64,000 nucleotides of DNA. Source: a virus. Both the position numbers and the translations under genes were made by a program. The notes beneath the pieces were generated by a model, which did no database searches, was not told the DNA's origin, and saw only the letters and a list, made by a program, of their open reading frames with translations. Of the stretch, positions 28,811 through 39,287 are shown one piece after another (the first letter of the stretch is position 1; every line of letters starts with the position of its first letter). The DNA is taken from positions 1 through 64,000 of the IMG/VR virus record IMGVR_UViG_3300042451_001197. The stretch is one strand, 5' to 3'.

Positions 28811-29293
28811 GTGCCTAATACTGAAAATTTAAGTAAGAAAGAAATCAAAGGGATTGATCTGGTTGTAAAAGCATTAAAGAAAAAATATCCTTTTATTAGC
28901 GGTTTTAATATTTTCCCTGATTATGAAAATAAATACAGATATACGCTATTTGTTGATTTAAAAATTAATTTTGAAGAGTTATCAAAATATTCTGGATTTG
29001 AATTATCTGATTCTTATTTTAAAGATAAAGATTCACTAATAAGTAAAACTTTTTTAGCTCTTTATTTTAATTCGGAATCAATAGGTAATCAAGACTCTGT
29101 TGATGTGTTGGTTGATTATTTTATTGAATTAAAAAGTTCAATAGATAAAGATATGGGGGATTTTTATGGAAATAGCATTCCAGATGAATTTAAAATTAAA
29201 ATTAAAGATTCTGATGCTAGTTACTTAGGAGAATATTTTTCAGGTCTTAGTTTAGACGGATTTACTGACGATTCTATATCAGAGAATAGTTGA
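28811..29293 (+). CDS. Hypothetical protein
   Basis: ORF track; TATTTAT upstream. Confidence 0.55.
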   Translation: MPNTENLSKKEIKGIDLVVKALKKKYPFISGFNIFPDYENKYRYTLFVDLKINFEELSKYSGFELSDSYFKDKDSLISKTFLALYFNSESIGNQDSVDVLVDYFIELKSSIDKDMGDFYGNSIPDEFKIKIKDSDASYLGEYFSGLSLDGFTDDSISENS

Positions 29294-30121
29294 ATTAATA
29301 TCTATTATTCCCCTATTACCACCTTTATTTTTTAATAAAGGGTTTGTTGTAAAATCAATTAAAAAAATATCACCTTTAGTAAAATCATCTTTATCTAACA
29401 TATCTGTTTTTATATTATCACCCCAAATTAAAATATTTTTAGGGTTATTAACGATTTTTAAATAACTTTCATTTTCAAATTTATCCAAATCAGATTTTGT
29501 TTCTAAATTAGAAAATTGGTTATCTTTATCCCAACTTAAATAAATCATTTGTTCTACTTCTAAATAATCATCCATTTCCATCTCACCTGAACCTTCACAA
29601 TATTCACAATCTTCTCTACCATCATAACAATCTGGGCAGTTTACGTATCCGGTACCTTCGCAAGTTGAACAAGTATCTTTTCCTTCTCCACCACAATTAT
29701 CACAAGAATTATCTTCATCATCTTCACCACTACCACCACACTCATCGCAATCAATTTCTCCATCACCACCACATTCGTGACAAGTTATATCGGAATCACC
29801 ACCACAACTTGAACATTTTTGAGTGCCGTACCCACTACAAAACTCACATTCATCCATTACATCTTCTTCAGTTATTTCACCAATACAAAAAGAATATAAG
29901 TTATTTTTTATTTGGTCGTAGGTGTTTTCCAAATCGGTGTTGCCTCTATTTATTTCGGACACCAAAAAACATAAAATCACGGTATCGATAGGGTTATAAC
30001 TATCAAAAATATTATGATAATCAGACATTCTCTTTAATTCTCTATAAAAATCAGATGGAATTTCATCAGAATATGTTCCAGAAAATTTATTCGCTAATTT
30101 TATTAATTTATTTTTATCCAT
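29279..30121 (-). CDS. Protein with DnaJ-type CxxCxGxG zinc-finger repeats (no J domain seen)
   Basis: About eight CxxCxGxG-like repeats. Confidence 0.75.
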   Translation of the reverse strand: MDKNKLIKLANKFSGTYSDEIPSDFYRELKRMSDYHNIFDSYNPIDTVILCFLVSEINRGNTDLENTYDQIKNNLYSFCIGEITEEDVMDECEFCSGYGTQKCSSCGGDSDITCHECGGDGEIDCDECGGSGEDDEDNSCDNCGGEGKDTCSTCEGTGYVNCPDCYDGREDCEYCEGSGEMEMDDYLEVEQMIYLSWDKDNQFSNLETKSDLDKFENESYLKIVNNPKNILIWGDNIKTDMLDKDDFTKGDIFLIDFTTNPLLKNKGGNRGIIDINSTIL

Positions 30122-30158
30122 TTTGATTATATTAAATAAATATTATATATTTATATAT

Positions 30159-30428
30159 ATGACAAAAAAAGAAAAATTATCTTCATTATTCGATAGACTT
30201 CGTAAAGTCGAATCTTATTCCGATATTGAATCTGTTTCAAAAGAAATTGGAGAGTTTTTCAATGAAAACCAAATTAAAGACCCTGAATTAAAAAAAACTC
30301 TTGATAGTTTAATATCTTTATTAAAGTTAAAATTTAAAAAGCGTAAGAAACAAAACGAAAGTTTAAAAACATCAAATTACGTTATTAGCGAAACTCAGTT
30401 ACAATTTATAATTAATAATATAAAATGA
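30159..30428 (+). CDS. Hypothetical protein (start revised to MTKKEK)
   Basis: TATTTAT upstream of ATG 30159. Confidence 0.5.
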   Translation: MTKKEKLSSLFDRLRKVESYSDIESVSKEIGEFFNENQIKDPELKKTLDSLISLLKLKFKKRKKQNESLKTSNYVISETQLQFIINNIK

Positions 30429-30652
30429 AAAATTTAATAATACTTGTCTTAGTATTTTTAATTTCCTGTTGTCAAAACCCCCAAGAAAAAGTTAAATTTA
30501 AAAAATGTGTAATTACAAGTATTAGTGTAATTAGAAATAAATCATCCATAGAATTCGGATTAAAATATTTTTACCATACCGATTGTGATGTCACATTTAC
30601 AAATAGAAAAAACATTTATCAGATTGGTGACACAATTAATATAATCGATTAA
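30425..30652 (+). CDS. Putative lipoprotein
   Basis: MKNLIILVLVFLISCC lipobox-like signal. Confidence 0.5.
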   Translation: MKNLIILVLVFLISCCQNPQEKVKFKKCVITSISVIRNKSSIEFGLKYFYHTDCDVTFTNRKNIYQIGDTINIID

Positions 30653-30653
30653 T

Positions 30654-31817
30654 TTACTTTCTACGTCTATACTTCAACTCAGTTTCAAATTGTTCACCTG
30701 TTTTATTTATTTTGTGATGTAATTCCCAATTCTTAATTGATGAATTTTTTTCTTTGGCAAGAGACCAAAGTTTTGATAATCTTTTCATAATTTTTGATGA
30801 TACAATTTTCATTTTCTTTTCTTCAGTTAAATAAAATCCTAAGATATTATTATCAAATTTATTAAAATAATCAATCATATCATAAAATATTTTTTGTTTT
30901 TTACCTATAAAACCAATAATTTCTTCAAAATCACTTGTTGTCATCATTTCTTTAACTTTGGTGATTGTATTATTGGTTAAATTAATATAAACAATTCTTA
31001 GCAATTCGTCAACTAATTCATCATCGGTTTTAAATGATTCAACATTTTCTACACCAACTCTCTTTAAGAAAATTTTAACGGCTTTTGAATCCTGTTTTAA
31101 TTCTTCTCTCATTTTTTCATAAGAAAAATTATTAATCTTCTTTAACATTTTATAAGTTTCATTGTTTGTTAGAAAATCATAAAAACCTTCTTTATCTATT
31201 TCATTAGACCTCATAAGCGAAGAAACCTCAATTGGTCTAACCAAATTTTCAACCGCATGAGTAAAATAAACGTAATGTAAAAATTTCTGTATTGGGTAGA
31301 ACGGAAAAGATGTTGAGGCAATTCCGGCATAACTCGGAACTTCTTTTATTGATTTGTATTTTTTCTTATAATTGTTATATGAGTGACCTAATTCGTGAGA
31401 CAAAGAACTAGTAATCTCCTTAGATTTTTTTTCAAAAAATTCTATAATTTCTTTTTTTGTTGTTCCTTCAGGTCCTGCCAAATTAATAATCATATTAATT
31501 TGACCTTTATCTATTTTAGCTTTTAATTTTAAAATTTTATTATTAAAAATCGTTCTTTGAGCAACCGCCATAGAATAAAACTCAACATCTGATAATTTAT
31601 CATATTCTTCAAACGTTATTGTTAAAAAAACATCAGTAATATATAAGTCGGATATAGATAATTCAGTTTCAATATCAAATTCCATTTCATTGTCTAATTC
31701 ATTAGGAATGGTTTGTAATTCATTATATATTTCATTATATAATATTTCGGACGATTCTAAAACACCTTCAGGAACACCAACGGCTTCTTTTAATATTCTT
31801 CTAATTAAATCTCTCAT
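30654..31817 (-). CDS. Protein with HExxH motif and RRILKE leader
   Basis: HELGH; MRDLIRRILKE; TATTTAT upstream. Confidence 0.6.
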   Translation of the reverse strand: MRDLIRRILKEAVGVPEGVLESSEILYNEIYNELQTIPNELDNEMEFDIETELSISDLYITDVFLTITFEEYDKLSDVEFYSMAVAQRTIFNNKILKLKAKIDKGQINMIINLAGPEGTTKKEIIEFFEKKSKEITSSLSHELGHSYNNYKKKYKSIKEVPSYAGIASTSFPFYPIQKFLHYVYFTHAVENLVRPIEVSSLMRSNEIDKEGFYDFLTNNETYKMLKKINNFSYEKMREELKQDSKAVKIFLKRVGVENVESFKTDDELVDELLRIVYINLTNNTITKVKEMMTTSDFEEIIGFIGKKQKIFYDMIDYFNKFDNNILGFYLTEEKKMKIVSSKIMKRLSKLWSLAKEKNSSIKNWELHHKINKTGEQFETELKYRRRK

Positions 31818-31897
31818 AATAGATAAATAGTTTCAAAATTTAATTTGATTTTGAAATTAGTTTTTTTATTCTTATATTTGTTGTGGTATTAAAACTT

Positions 31898-31957
31898 ATG
31901 AACAAACTAGATAAACAATACACAGACCTACTTCAAGACATTTTGGATAATGAATAA
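31898..31957 (+). pseudogene. Relic N-terminus of a second thyA allele
   Basis: MNKLDKQYTDLLQDILDNE* overlaps the start of thyA (MNKSDKYYIDNLRKIISEG). Confidence 0.65.
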
Positions 31958-32780
31958 ATCTGACAAATATTACATAGACAACCTTCGTAAAATAATTTCG
32001 GAAGGTTCTTGGGATGAAAATCCTAGACCAAGGTATCTTGATGGAGCTCCAGCACATACTAAATTCATATCACAAGTATTTGAAGAATATGATATCTCAA
32101 AAGACGAATTTCCAATACCTACTTTAAGAGATACTGCAATTAAGACTGGTATAAAAGAGATATTTTGGATATACCAAGAACAATCATCGTCACTTGATGT
32201 CGCCCATAAAATGGGGATTAAATGGTGGGACGAATGGGATATTGGTGACGGTACAATTGGTCAAAGATATGGAAGAACGATTGCTAAATATCAATTGATG
32301 GATAAGTTATTGAGTGGTTTAATGAAAGATCCGTTTAGTCGTAGACATATTATTAATATGTACCAGTATTCAGATTTGGAGGAAACAAAAGGACTTCACC
32401 CTTGTGCCTACGAGATTATGTTTTCAGTTAGGAAAGAACAAGACGAATTAATACTTGATATGACACTAATCCAAAGGTCTAACGATTACTTAGTCGCGGG
32501 TTTTATAAATAAAATACAATATACAGCACTTTTAATGATGGTTGCAGGACATTGTAACTATAAAGTCGGCAAGTTTTGTCATTTAGTTCAAAATCTTCAC
32601 ATTTATGATAGACATTTTGACGCAGTTTTCGAACTCTTAAATAAAGAACCTTTGAATATTCAACCAAAATTAATTTTAAAAGAAAATAAAAATTTTTATC
32701 AATATACAATTGATGATTTTGAAATAATCGGAACAGAAGGTGTTACTAAATTAAATTTAAAATTGGAGTTGGCAATATAG
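31950..32780 (+). CDS. thyA: Thymidylate synthase
   Basis: PFSRRHI, LHPCAY, QRSND, NLHIYDRH. Confidence 0.93.
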   Translation: MNKSDKYYIDNLRKIISEGSWDENPRPRYLDGAPAHTKFISQVFEEYDISKDEFPIPTLRDTAIKTGIKEIFWIYQEQSSSLDVAHKMGIKWWDEWDIGDGTIGQRYGRTIAKYQLMDKLLSGLMKDPFSRRHIINMYQYSDLEETKGLHPCAYEIMFSVRKEQDELILDMTLIQRSNDYLVAGFINKIQYTALLMMVAGHCNYKVGKFCHLVQNLHIYDRHFDAVFELLNKEPLNIQPKLILKENKNFYQYTIDDFEIIGTEGVTKLNLKLELAI

Positions 32781-32819
32781 TTTATCAAATTAATTCATAT
32801 TTACAATAAAAGGAAAACC

Positions 32820-34445
32820 GTGAAAAAAATAATTTTCATACTATCATTCTTAATAAGTTGTGTCATTAATTCACAAGTTTCTTCCGTTTATACGTTTAGT
32901 GAAACTACAGGCACATATACACCAATAACAGGTGGGGTTCAGTTGGTAACAACTACTGGTGGTGTCACATCATACGATACTGATGGTAGTAGTGTTACAT
33001 TATCAAGTGGTTCACAATTTGTATTTAATGGTTCAACCATAACATCTGTTAATATGACCGCGGATGGTTCATTGTGGTTAAATCCAACAACTACAACAAC
33101 AGGAAATGGGGTTACTGGCCCAATCTCTTCAAATAGTGGTGCGGCGGGTGTAATTTCCGCTTTGGGTATGGATTTAAGAAGTACCGCAATAAGTTCACAA
33201 CTCTATGAAAGAAGGTGGGAAGATTTAGGTTCAGAGGTAGTATTTCAATGGCAAAATTGTGCAAGGTATCTTCAAAGTAGTACGGAACGTTTTTCATTTC
33301 AAATTAGAATTGAAAAATCAACTGGTAATATTAGAGTAGTTTATGGTAATATGACAACTATCGCCAATAGTACAACATATCAACCACAAGTTGGTTTAAG
33401 GGGTACAACCAATGCGGACTACAACACAAGGAGATTGACAAACTCAGTTCCAGACGCTTCTCCAAATTGGGGAGCCCCTAATGGAACCACGGCCGGAACA
33501 TCAAATGCACATACTTGTAGATTCACCAGTAATGGTACTTGTTACCCAACATCAGGGTTAATTTTTATTTGGACATATACCGGTGCGCCTAACAATAACG
33601 ATTTTTGTTCAAATGCAACGACAATAACTACACCATATTCGAGCGGTATTGTTTCCACCATAGGTTCAACTTCTGATGTACCTAATAGTACGTCAAGTTG
33701 TGCCACTCAATCGAATAATGTTTGGTATAAAATAACGGGTACAGATAAGAATTTAATTGCTTCCACTTGTAATAATTCAACCAATTTTGATACGGAAATA
33801 AGAGTTTATACAGGTACTTGCGGGTCTTTGAATACTATGGTTGAGGTTGATTGTAATGATGATGAAGCGACTTGCGCTTATAGTACCGTTCAATCCGTTG
33901 TAACTTGGTGCGCAACTAGTGGTGTTAATTATTACATTTCAGTTGGTTACTTCTCATCTACAGGTGGTACTGGTAATTTTATATTGTCAGTCACCGAAAA
34001 TGGTGTTTGTGGTGCGGCATTACCAATTGAGTTATTAGATTTTAGTGGTAAATTTATTGAAAATTATAACTTATTAAATTGGGTTACGACATTAGAAATT
34101 AATAACGATTTTTTCACAATCGAAAGAAGTATTAATGGCTCTGATTGGGAATTTACCGATAATATTGATGGTTCCGGTAATAGTTCTATAAAAAAAGAAT
34201 ATAATTATAAAGATTATAAATTTGTCGATAAACAAATAAATTACTACAGATTAAAACAAACCGATTATAACGGAAATTTTAAATACTTTAATGTCATCAG
34301 TATCGATAATACTAATTTAAAAAAACGTCAATTAATTAAAATGACTGATATTTTAGGTAGACCTGTTTCATCCGAATATGTGGGAATTATTTTCCTAATA
34401 TATGACGATGGTAGTTATGAAAAAATAATTAAATTTATGAACTAA
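32820..34445 (+). CDS. Secreted protein with signal peptide and T9SS-like C-terminal region
   Basis: LPIELLDFSG...LNWVT..EINNDFFTIERS...YYRLKQTDYNG; tail DILGR...YDDGSYEK; shares an NDxC...VWYK...FDT...NDD domain with the 1846-aa protein. Confidence 0.75.
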   Translation: MKKIIFILSFLISCVINSQVSSVYTFSETTGTYTPITGGVQLVTTTGGVTSYDTDGSSVTLSSGSQFVFNGSTITSVNMTADGSLWLNPTTTTTGNGVTGPISSNSGAAGVISALGMDLRSTAISSQLYERRWEDLGSEVVFQWQNCARYLQSSTERFSFQIRIEKSTGNIRVVYGNMTTIANSTTYQPQVGLRGTTNADYNTRRLTNSVPDASPNWGAPNGTTAGTSNAHTCRFTSNGTCYPTSGLIFIWTYTGAPNNNDFCSNATTITTPYSSGIVSTIGSTSDVPNSTSSCATQSNNVWYKITGTDKNLIASTCNNSTNFDTEIRVYTGTCGSLNTMVEVDCNDDEATCAYSTVQSVVTWCATSGVNYYISVGYFSSTGGTGNFILSVTENGVCGAALPIELLDFSGKFIENYNLLNWVTTLEINNDFFTIERSINGSDWEFTDNIDGSGNSSIKKEYNYKDYKFVDKQINYYRLKQTDYNGNFKYFNVISIDNTNLKKRQLIKMTDILGRPVSSEYVGIIFLIYDDGSYEKIIKFMN

Positions 34446-34448
34446 TAT

Positions 34449-34772
34449 ATGTCAAAAAAAACCACAAAATATCAAAAAATAATTAAAGAGTGGAAAGATG
34501 CCACCACAAAAGAAATATGGGAAGGTATTAGAGATAATTTTATATTTGGTTTTATTGGAGCAACTCTAGTTGTTTTTATTTCAACAAAATCTGATTTAGC
34601 GGTCTTAATTGGGTATTTGACTTATTATTCATTTATGGGTAAAATAGTTAACCGACCTAAATATGTTACAGATTTGGGTAAATTAATAGTATTTCCATTA
34701 CCATCGGCTTTAGGGGCTTTCACAGGATATAAAGTTTCCTATATGTTAATAAAATACATTATGTATTTATAA
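34449..34772 (+). CDS. Membrane protein
   Basis: Hydrophobic segments. Confidence 0.6.
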   Translation: MSKKTTKYQKIIKEWKDATTKEIWEGIRDNFIFGFIGATLVVFISTKSDLAVLIGYLTYYSFMGKIVNRPKYVTDLGKLIVFPLPSALGAFTGYKVSYMLIKYIMYL

Positions 34773-34779
34773 TTTTTAA

Positions 34780-35382
34780 ATGAAATTAAACACAAATATA
34801 CCTTATTTTAAATGTTTAGTTAAACAATCTTATTTTACTAAAAATAAAGAACACGAAAACATATATAATAATTGTTACGCTTTCGGAATTCAATCAGTAC
34901 CTTCTAAAATTTTAACATTTCACGTTATTACTGATTATGGTATGGTAAGATCAAGAGTCCCAATATCTGAAATATATTTAAAAGAACCTAAAAATGACGT
35001 TCCTTTTTATTTTAAACAACTTTGGGATTGTTTTGGTTATGATGTATCAATAACAACTTATGATTTTTTAAAGGAGAATAGATGTGAAGTTTTATTAAGG
35101 GATAAAACAAAGGTTTGGGCGACGTATATATTCACCGTTGATTGGTATGATAATCCTTTTAGTGATGAACCGTCAGATTATAAATGCGGTCATATTTTAG
35201 TGTCTGACGATGGTTATTTATTATGTATGCCAAATAACAGAATTTATTGGAGAGACTCTAATTGGGTAACTAAAGAATTTCCCGTATTACCGCAAGAAAT
35301 AAAAGTAGATACTGATTTACCTAGTGTTGAAAGTATTTCAGATAGATGGGTTTCAGACGACACAGATTCATTTTACTATTAA
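34780..35382 (+). CDS. Hypothetical phage protein
   Basis: ORF track. Confidence 0.65.
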   Translation: MKLNTNIPYFKCLVKQSYFTKNKEHENIYNNCYAFGIQSVPSKILTFHVITDYGMVRSRVPISEIYLKEPKNDVPFYFKQLWDCFGYDVSITTYDFLKENRCEVLLRDKTKVWATYIFTVDWYDNPFSDEPSDYKCGHILVSDDGYLLCMPNNRIYWRDSNWVTKEFPVLPQEIKVDTDLPSVESISDRWVSDDTDSFYY

Positions 35383-35412
35383 AAAATTATTTATTATCTT
35401 TATAAAAAAACT

Positions 35413-35598
35413 ATGGAAAATTTGTATAACTACGTATTTTGGTACAATTCTTATCAAGAATTATGGTACGCAATCGAAACAACTAAGTACACCGAATTTA
35501 TGTCGGGACATCTCAGAGATGAAAATACTCTAACCTCAAATAAAATTGAGACTTTAATTGAGTTAATTAATAATCCGGCTCGTATACCTGAAGAATGA
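35413..35598 (+). CDS. Hypothetical protein
   Basis: ORF track. Confidence 0.55.
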   Translation: MENLYNYVFWYNSYQELWYAIETTKYTEFMSGHLRDENTLTSNKIETLIELINNPARIPEE

Positions 35599-35721
35599 TT
35601 TGGGATATTACAATATTAAAAAAAGTGGATGACCATTTCATTGTTATGAATGTTAATGGTGATACTCATCTAATAAACCGAGACTCTTTGAATGTCTTTT
35701 TAAGAAACGGAAGAGTTTCAA

Positions 35722-36402
35722 ATGCAAAAGAATTTGGTTTCGATGATAAAAAATAGAACACCTTATGTTGGTAAGATAAAACTATTATTTGAGAAACATC
35801 CTCATTATAGGTCGTCAGATAGTTTATTAAATAAAGTTCATTTTGATTTTGGTTTTACAAAATTAGTTAGTCGCATGTTTCCAAATAAAACTAAAGAGTT
35901 AGGTTGGGAAATAGATAAACGTAAAATAAACTTAATTAATAAAAACACAGGAGGATATATACGAAATTATATTCATAATGATTTTGTTTTAGAGAATTCT
36001 TTTTTGGGTGATAATGGATTATATATTGGAGACATCGAAACAGGATGGTGGTATTACAACAATAACTTTAAAGTTTGTGACGATTATCCAAAAGGAGTTG
36101 CCGAGGTTTGGAGGTTTGGTAAATTAGAAGGTTATTACGGATATACTCACAGGGGTGGTCAGACCTTTACTATTGGTGATAAATTATTTGACGAGAATTG
36201 GATTCCTACTTTTGATGAGTTAGATGAATATTGGATCGAATCATATGAACAATCAACAGGAATTGAGGTTAAAAATATTAACGATGAATTTTTAAGTGAG
36301 ATAGTTTCTTATATACCATTTAAGAAAAGAGGTTCTGTCACAATATCCAATTTTGAGGAATGTAAGCAATCCGCAATAAATATGTCAAAATATCTTTCTT
36401 AG
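35722..36402 (+). CDS. Hypothetical phage protein
   Basis: YYGYTHRGG..FTIGDKLFD motif; start uncertain. Confidence 0.6.
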   Translation: MQKNLVSMIKNRTPYVGKIKLLFEKHPHYRSSDSLLNKVHFDFGFTKLVSRMFPNKTKELGWEIDKRKINLINKNTGGYIRNYIHNDFVLENSFLGDNGLYIGDIETGWWYYNNNFKVCDDYPKGVAEVWRFGKLEGYYGYTHRGGQTFTIGDKLFDENWIPTFDELDEYWIESYEQSTGIEVKNINDEFLSEIVSYIPFKKRGSVTISNFEECKQSAINMSKYLS

Positions 36403-36415
36403 ATATTTATTATTT

Positions 36416-36805
36416 ATGAAGGTAACCATAATTCATAAACAATCCGGAATTCCTGAAAAACAATATAAATTTTACGATAAGTTTATTGAGTTTTTACAGG
36501 AAGAAATTCCATTACGAGAAGATTTAACAATTTTATTTATCTCTGAAAGATTTGGTAGTATGACAACAGGAAGTAGAGATGAAAAGGGTAGATTACGTAT
36601 TCTAACTAAAAATAGAATAAATAGAGATATATTTAGAACTATCGCTCACGAATGGGTTCACGAAAATCAAATGAAGGTTTTAAAAAGAAAAAAAGGACCT
36701 GATATTGGTGGTCAAAATGAAGATGAGGCGAATGCCAAAGCCGGAAGTTTAATCAAGAAATTTGAAAAAAGACACCCAAATTTAGAAAAATTAATGTACG
36801 CCTAA
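36416..36805 (+). CDS. Zincin-like protein
   Basis: RTIAHEWVH...EDEANAKAG. Confidence 0.6.
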   Translation: MKVTIIHKQSGIPEKQYKFYDKFIEFLQEEIPLREDLTILFISERFGSMTTGSRDEKGRLRILTKNRINRDIFRTIAHEWVHENQMKVLKRKKGPDIGGQNEDEANAKAGSLIKKFEKRHPNLEKLMYA

Positions 36806-36827
36806 ATCAATAGACGTACAATTTAAT

Positions 36828-37259
36828 TTAAGCAATTCCGACCACTTCTAAATCAAAGATTAGTTTTTTACCCGCCAAAGGATGGTTAGCATCTACGATA
36901 ACACTTTCATCTTTTACCTCAATTATTTTAACCATAATCGGTCCTTGAGGACCATTGCCTTGTAAGGTATCACCAACTTTTGGATTTTCAGGTATTTGAT
37001 TCTTAGGGACTTCAGCAGTCATCTCAATCAAATACTCTCCATAAGCGTCAGAAGGATTAATTTCGATGGTCTTCTTCTCACCTTCAGTCATTTCCAAAAG
37101 ACCATTTTCAAAACCAGGAATTAATTGCCCTTCACCGATTTTTGATTCCAAAGGATCCCTACCTTCAATCATAGAAGTATCGAAAATTGTTCCGTCTTCT
37201 AATCTACCTGTGTAATTCACCTTTACGGTGTCTCCATTTTTTATTTTTTTCATTTCCAT
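36828..37259 (-). CDS. FKBP-type peptidyl-prolyl isomerase (SlyD/SlpA-like)
   Basis: YTGRLEDGTIFDTS, LIPGFE, AYGE, DANHPLAGKKLIFDLEVV. Confidence 0.92.
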   Translation of the reverse strand: MEMKKIKNGDTVKVNYTGRLEDGTIFDTSMIEGRDPLESKIGEGQLIPGFENGLLEMTEGEKKTIEINPSDAYGEYLIEMTAEVPKNQIPENPKVGDTLQGNGPQGPIMVKIIEVKDESVIVDANHPLAGKKLIFDLEVVGIA

Positions 37260-37348
37260 CTTTTTAGATAATTATAATAATAAAAAAAAGATAAATCAAA
37301 TTATTTTTTTAAAATAAAATTTTTATTTTTGTAACAAATATTAAAGAT

Positions 37349-37519
37349 ATGTCTAACGAAAAACATTTAGAAGAAATTTTACACGAATTACACATTAGAG
37401 GTTTAATAAACATTTTTAATGAAAAGATAAAAGATTTAAATTTTAAAGATGGTAGAGATAGATACTATACTGAGGTATTTAAAATTTATGAAGAAATCAT
37501 ATTAATTCAAAAGAATTAA
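37349..37519 (+). CDS. 56-aa hypothetical protein
   Basis: Manual translation MSNEKHLEEILHELHIRGL... Confidence 0.45.
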   Translation: MSNEKHLEEILHELHIRGLINIFNEKIKDLNFKDGRDRYYTEVFKIYEEIILIQKN

Positions 37520-37769
37520 CTAACATAAATTTTTCCCCATAAAGACCTGTATATTTCCAAGATTCTTCCATAATATAATTAATACCATCATTCTGTATTA
37601 AATTAAAAGAATCTACGTCCTTAACGTGTAATGTACAATCTATGGAGTAATAATGCCCGTTTGTTGAGTATCTAACTTCATTTATGGTGACATACGAACC
37701 AGGTCCATATAATAGTTCAATATCTTCTTTATGAATATTATTTACCATTATCATCAAACACTTCTTCAT
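37497..37769 (-). CDS. Hypothetical protein
   Basis: ORF track. Confidence 0.55.
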   Translation of the reverse strand: MKKCLMIMVNNIHKEDIELLYGPGSYVTINEVRYSTNGHYYSIDCTLHVKDVDSFNLIQNDGINYIMEESWKYTGLYGEKFMLVNSFELI

Positions 37770-37825
37770 ATCTATAATTATAATGAAAAATGTTTATTAT
37801 TTAAATGAATAGATATTTATAAATT

Positions 37826-38155
37826 ATGAGATTTATTATAACAGAATCCCAAAATAATTTTCTATGGTTACTTAGAAGATTACACGACCCTGAAATTAAA
37901 GACCATTTAACTGAAATAGTTGTTGAGGGTCTTGATATCTATAACCCTTGTGATTATACTCTTGATGAGTATGTGAATATAATTGTAGAAGGTTCGGCAG
38001 AAACATTCATTCTATCTTATGAAGATAAATTTACAGGTAAAGAAAATATAGATTCATTACGTCAATTTATAAAAGAATTCATAATTGATAATTATGACAC
38101 TATCATATCTAAACATTACGATTTTATAATAAACGAATTCGATGATTGCGTTTAA
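37826..38155 (+). CDS. ITE-leader protein, paralog of 48463..48741
   Basis: MRFIITESQNNFLWLLRR vs MKFIITESQSNRMWLLRR. Confidence 0.65.
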   Translation: MRFIITESQNNFLWLLRRLHDPEIKDHLTEIVVEGLDIYNPCDYTLDEYVNIIVEGSAETFILSYEDKFTGKENIDSLRQFIKEFIIDNYDTIISKHYDFIINEFDDCV

Positions 38156-38264
38156 TTTACCATTATCCCCATATTTATAGATGGTAATATTAATATGATT
38201 TGATTTTTTTTAAAAATTAAATTAATATTTGTTTATAATAAACCTACGATATATATAAAAACAT

Positions 38265-38978
38265 ATGGGAAAGGATATGAGAGACCTACTTGATGGGTAT
38301 GGTAAAATATTAAACGAGTCCGACTACACTAGTCTTAAACGTAGATTATCGGGGGAATTATTTGCGGAAATTAAATCTCATCAAAAATCACAAATACAAG
38401 AAAGTTCACTTAATAGAATTTTACATCACGTTAGTGAACACGATTGTGCGGTCATCACCGCTTTTAGAAAAAAATTAATTAATTGTGTGAATGGTGAAGA
38501 AAGTGAAAATGTTTTAAACATTAAAACAAATAAAGGAAGAAATATCACTCTAAAATCCACATTATTGTATTTGGGTTATCAAGTTACTGAAGTTAAAGGT
38601 ACTTATATCGAAAATTATATGCAAGAAAATGAAGTTGAGGTTAAAGAAGATAGTTTTTTTGTGGTTAACTCTGATGACAATCCTAAATTTTCTCAAGATA
38701 TGTTTGATTTAGGTGAGTTATTTTGTCAAGATAGTGTGTTAATGTTCACAAATGGGGGTGGTAATAATTACTTGATAGGTACTAACAATTCCGATTTTCC
38801 TGGTTACGAACAAAAATCTCAATTAGGTAAGATTAAACCGGGAATGGAGGGTGAATTTATGACTAAAGTTGGTGGAAGACCTTTTATGACTGAAGATTTT
38901 AAAACTCTACAAATCAACACAAAAAAATTAGTTACCGAAATCGGTAGACCAATTGCTCAACACATAAGAAAAAAATAA
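38265..38978 (+). CDS. Hypothetical phage protein
   Basis: ITAFR...GY.VT.VKGTYIE...QDSVL; ILNE leader. Confidence 0.65.
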   Translation: MGKDMRDLLDGYGKILNESDYTSLKRRLSGELFAEIKSHQKSQIQESSLNRILHHVSEHDCAVITAFRKKLINCVNGEESENVLNIKTNKGRNITLKSTLLYLGYQVTEVKGTYIENYMQENEVEVKEDSFFVVNSDDNPKFSQDMFDLGELFCQDSVLMFTNGGGNNYLIGTNNSDFPGYEQKSQLGKIKPGMEGEFMTKVGGRPFMTEDFKTLQINTKKLVTEIGRPIAQHIRKK

Positions 38979-39032
38979 TTTTTTTATCATTTAAAATTTT
39001 GATTTTTCTAATTTATTTACTAAATTTGTTTT

Positions 39033-39251
39033 ATGGAATTTATAGAAATCAAAAACGAATTTAATTGGGTTATTAAAATCTTAAACTCAAGTAAGACTAA
39101 AGAACATATTTCGGCATCCGAAAAATTATTTGAAAATTTTATAAAAAAATGGGATTTTGAAATATCGGACATTATGAAATTAAAATATCAAAACGAGTTT
39201 AATTTACTAAAAAACGATAAAATTTCAGATTTATTTTTACAAAAAGTTTAA
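39033..39251 (+). CDS. Hypothetical protein
   Basis: ORF track. Confidence 0.5.
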   Translation: MEFIEIKNEFNWVIKILNSSKTKEHISASEKLFENFIKKWDFEISDIMKLKYQNEFNLLKNDKISDLFLQKV

Positions 39252-39287
39252 TTTTTTTATTTCAGAAATAATTTGTATCTTTGTATT

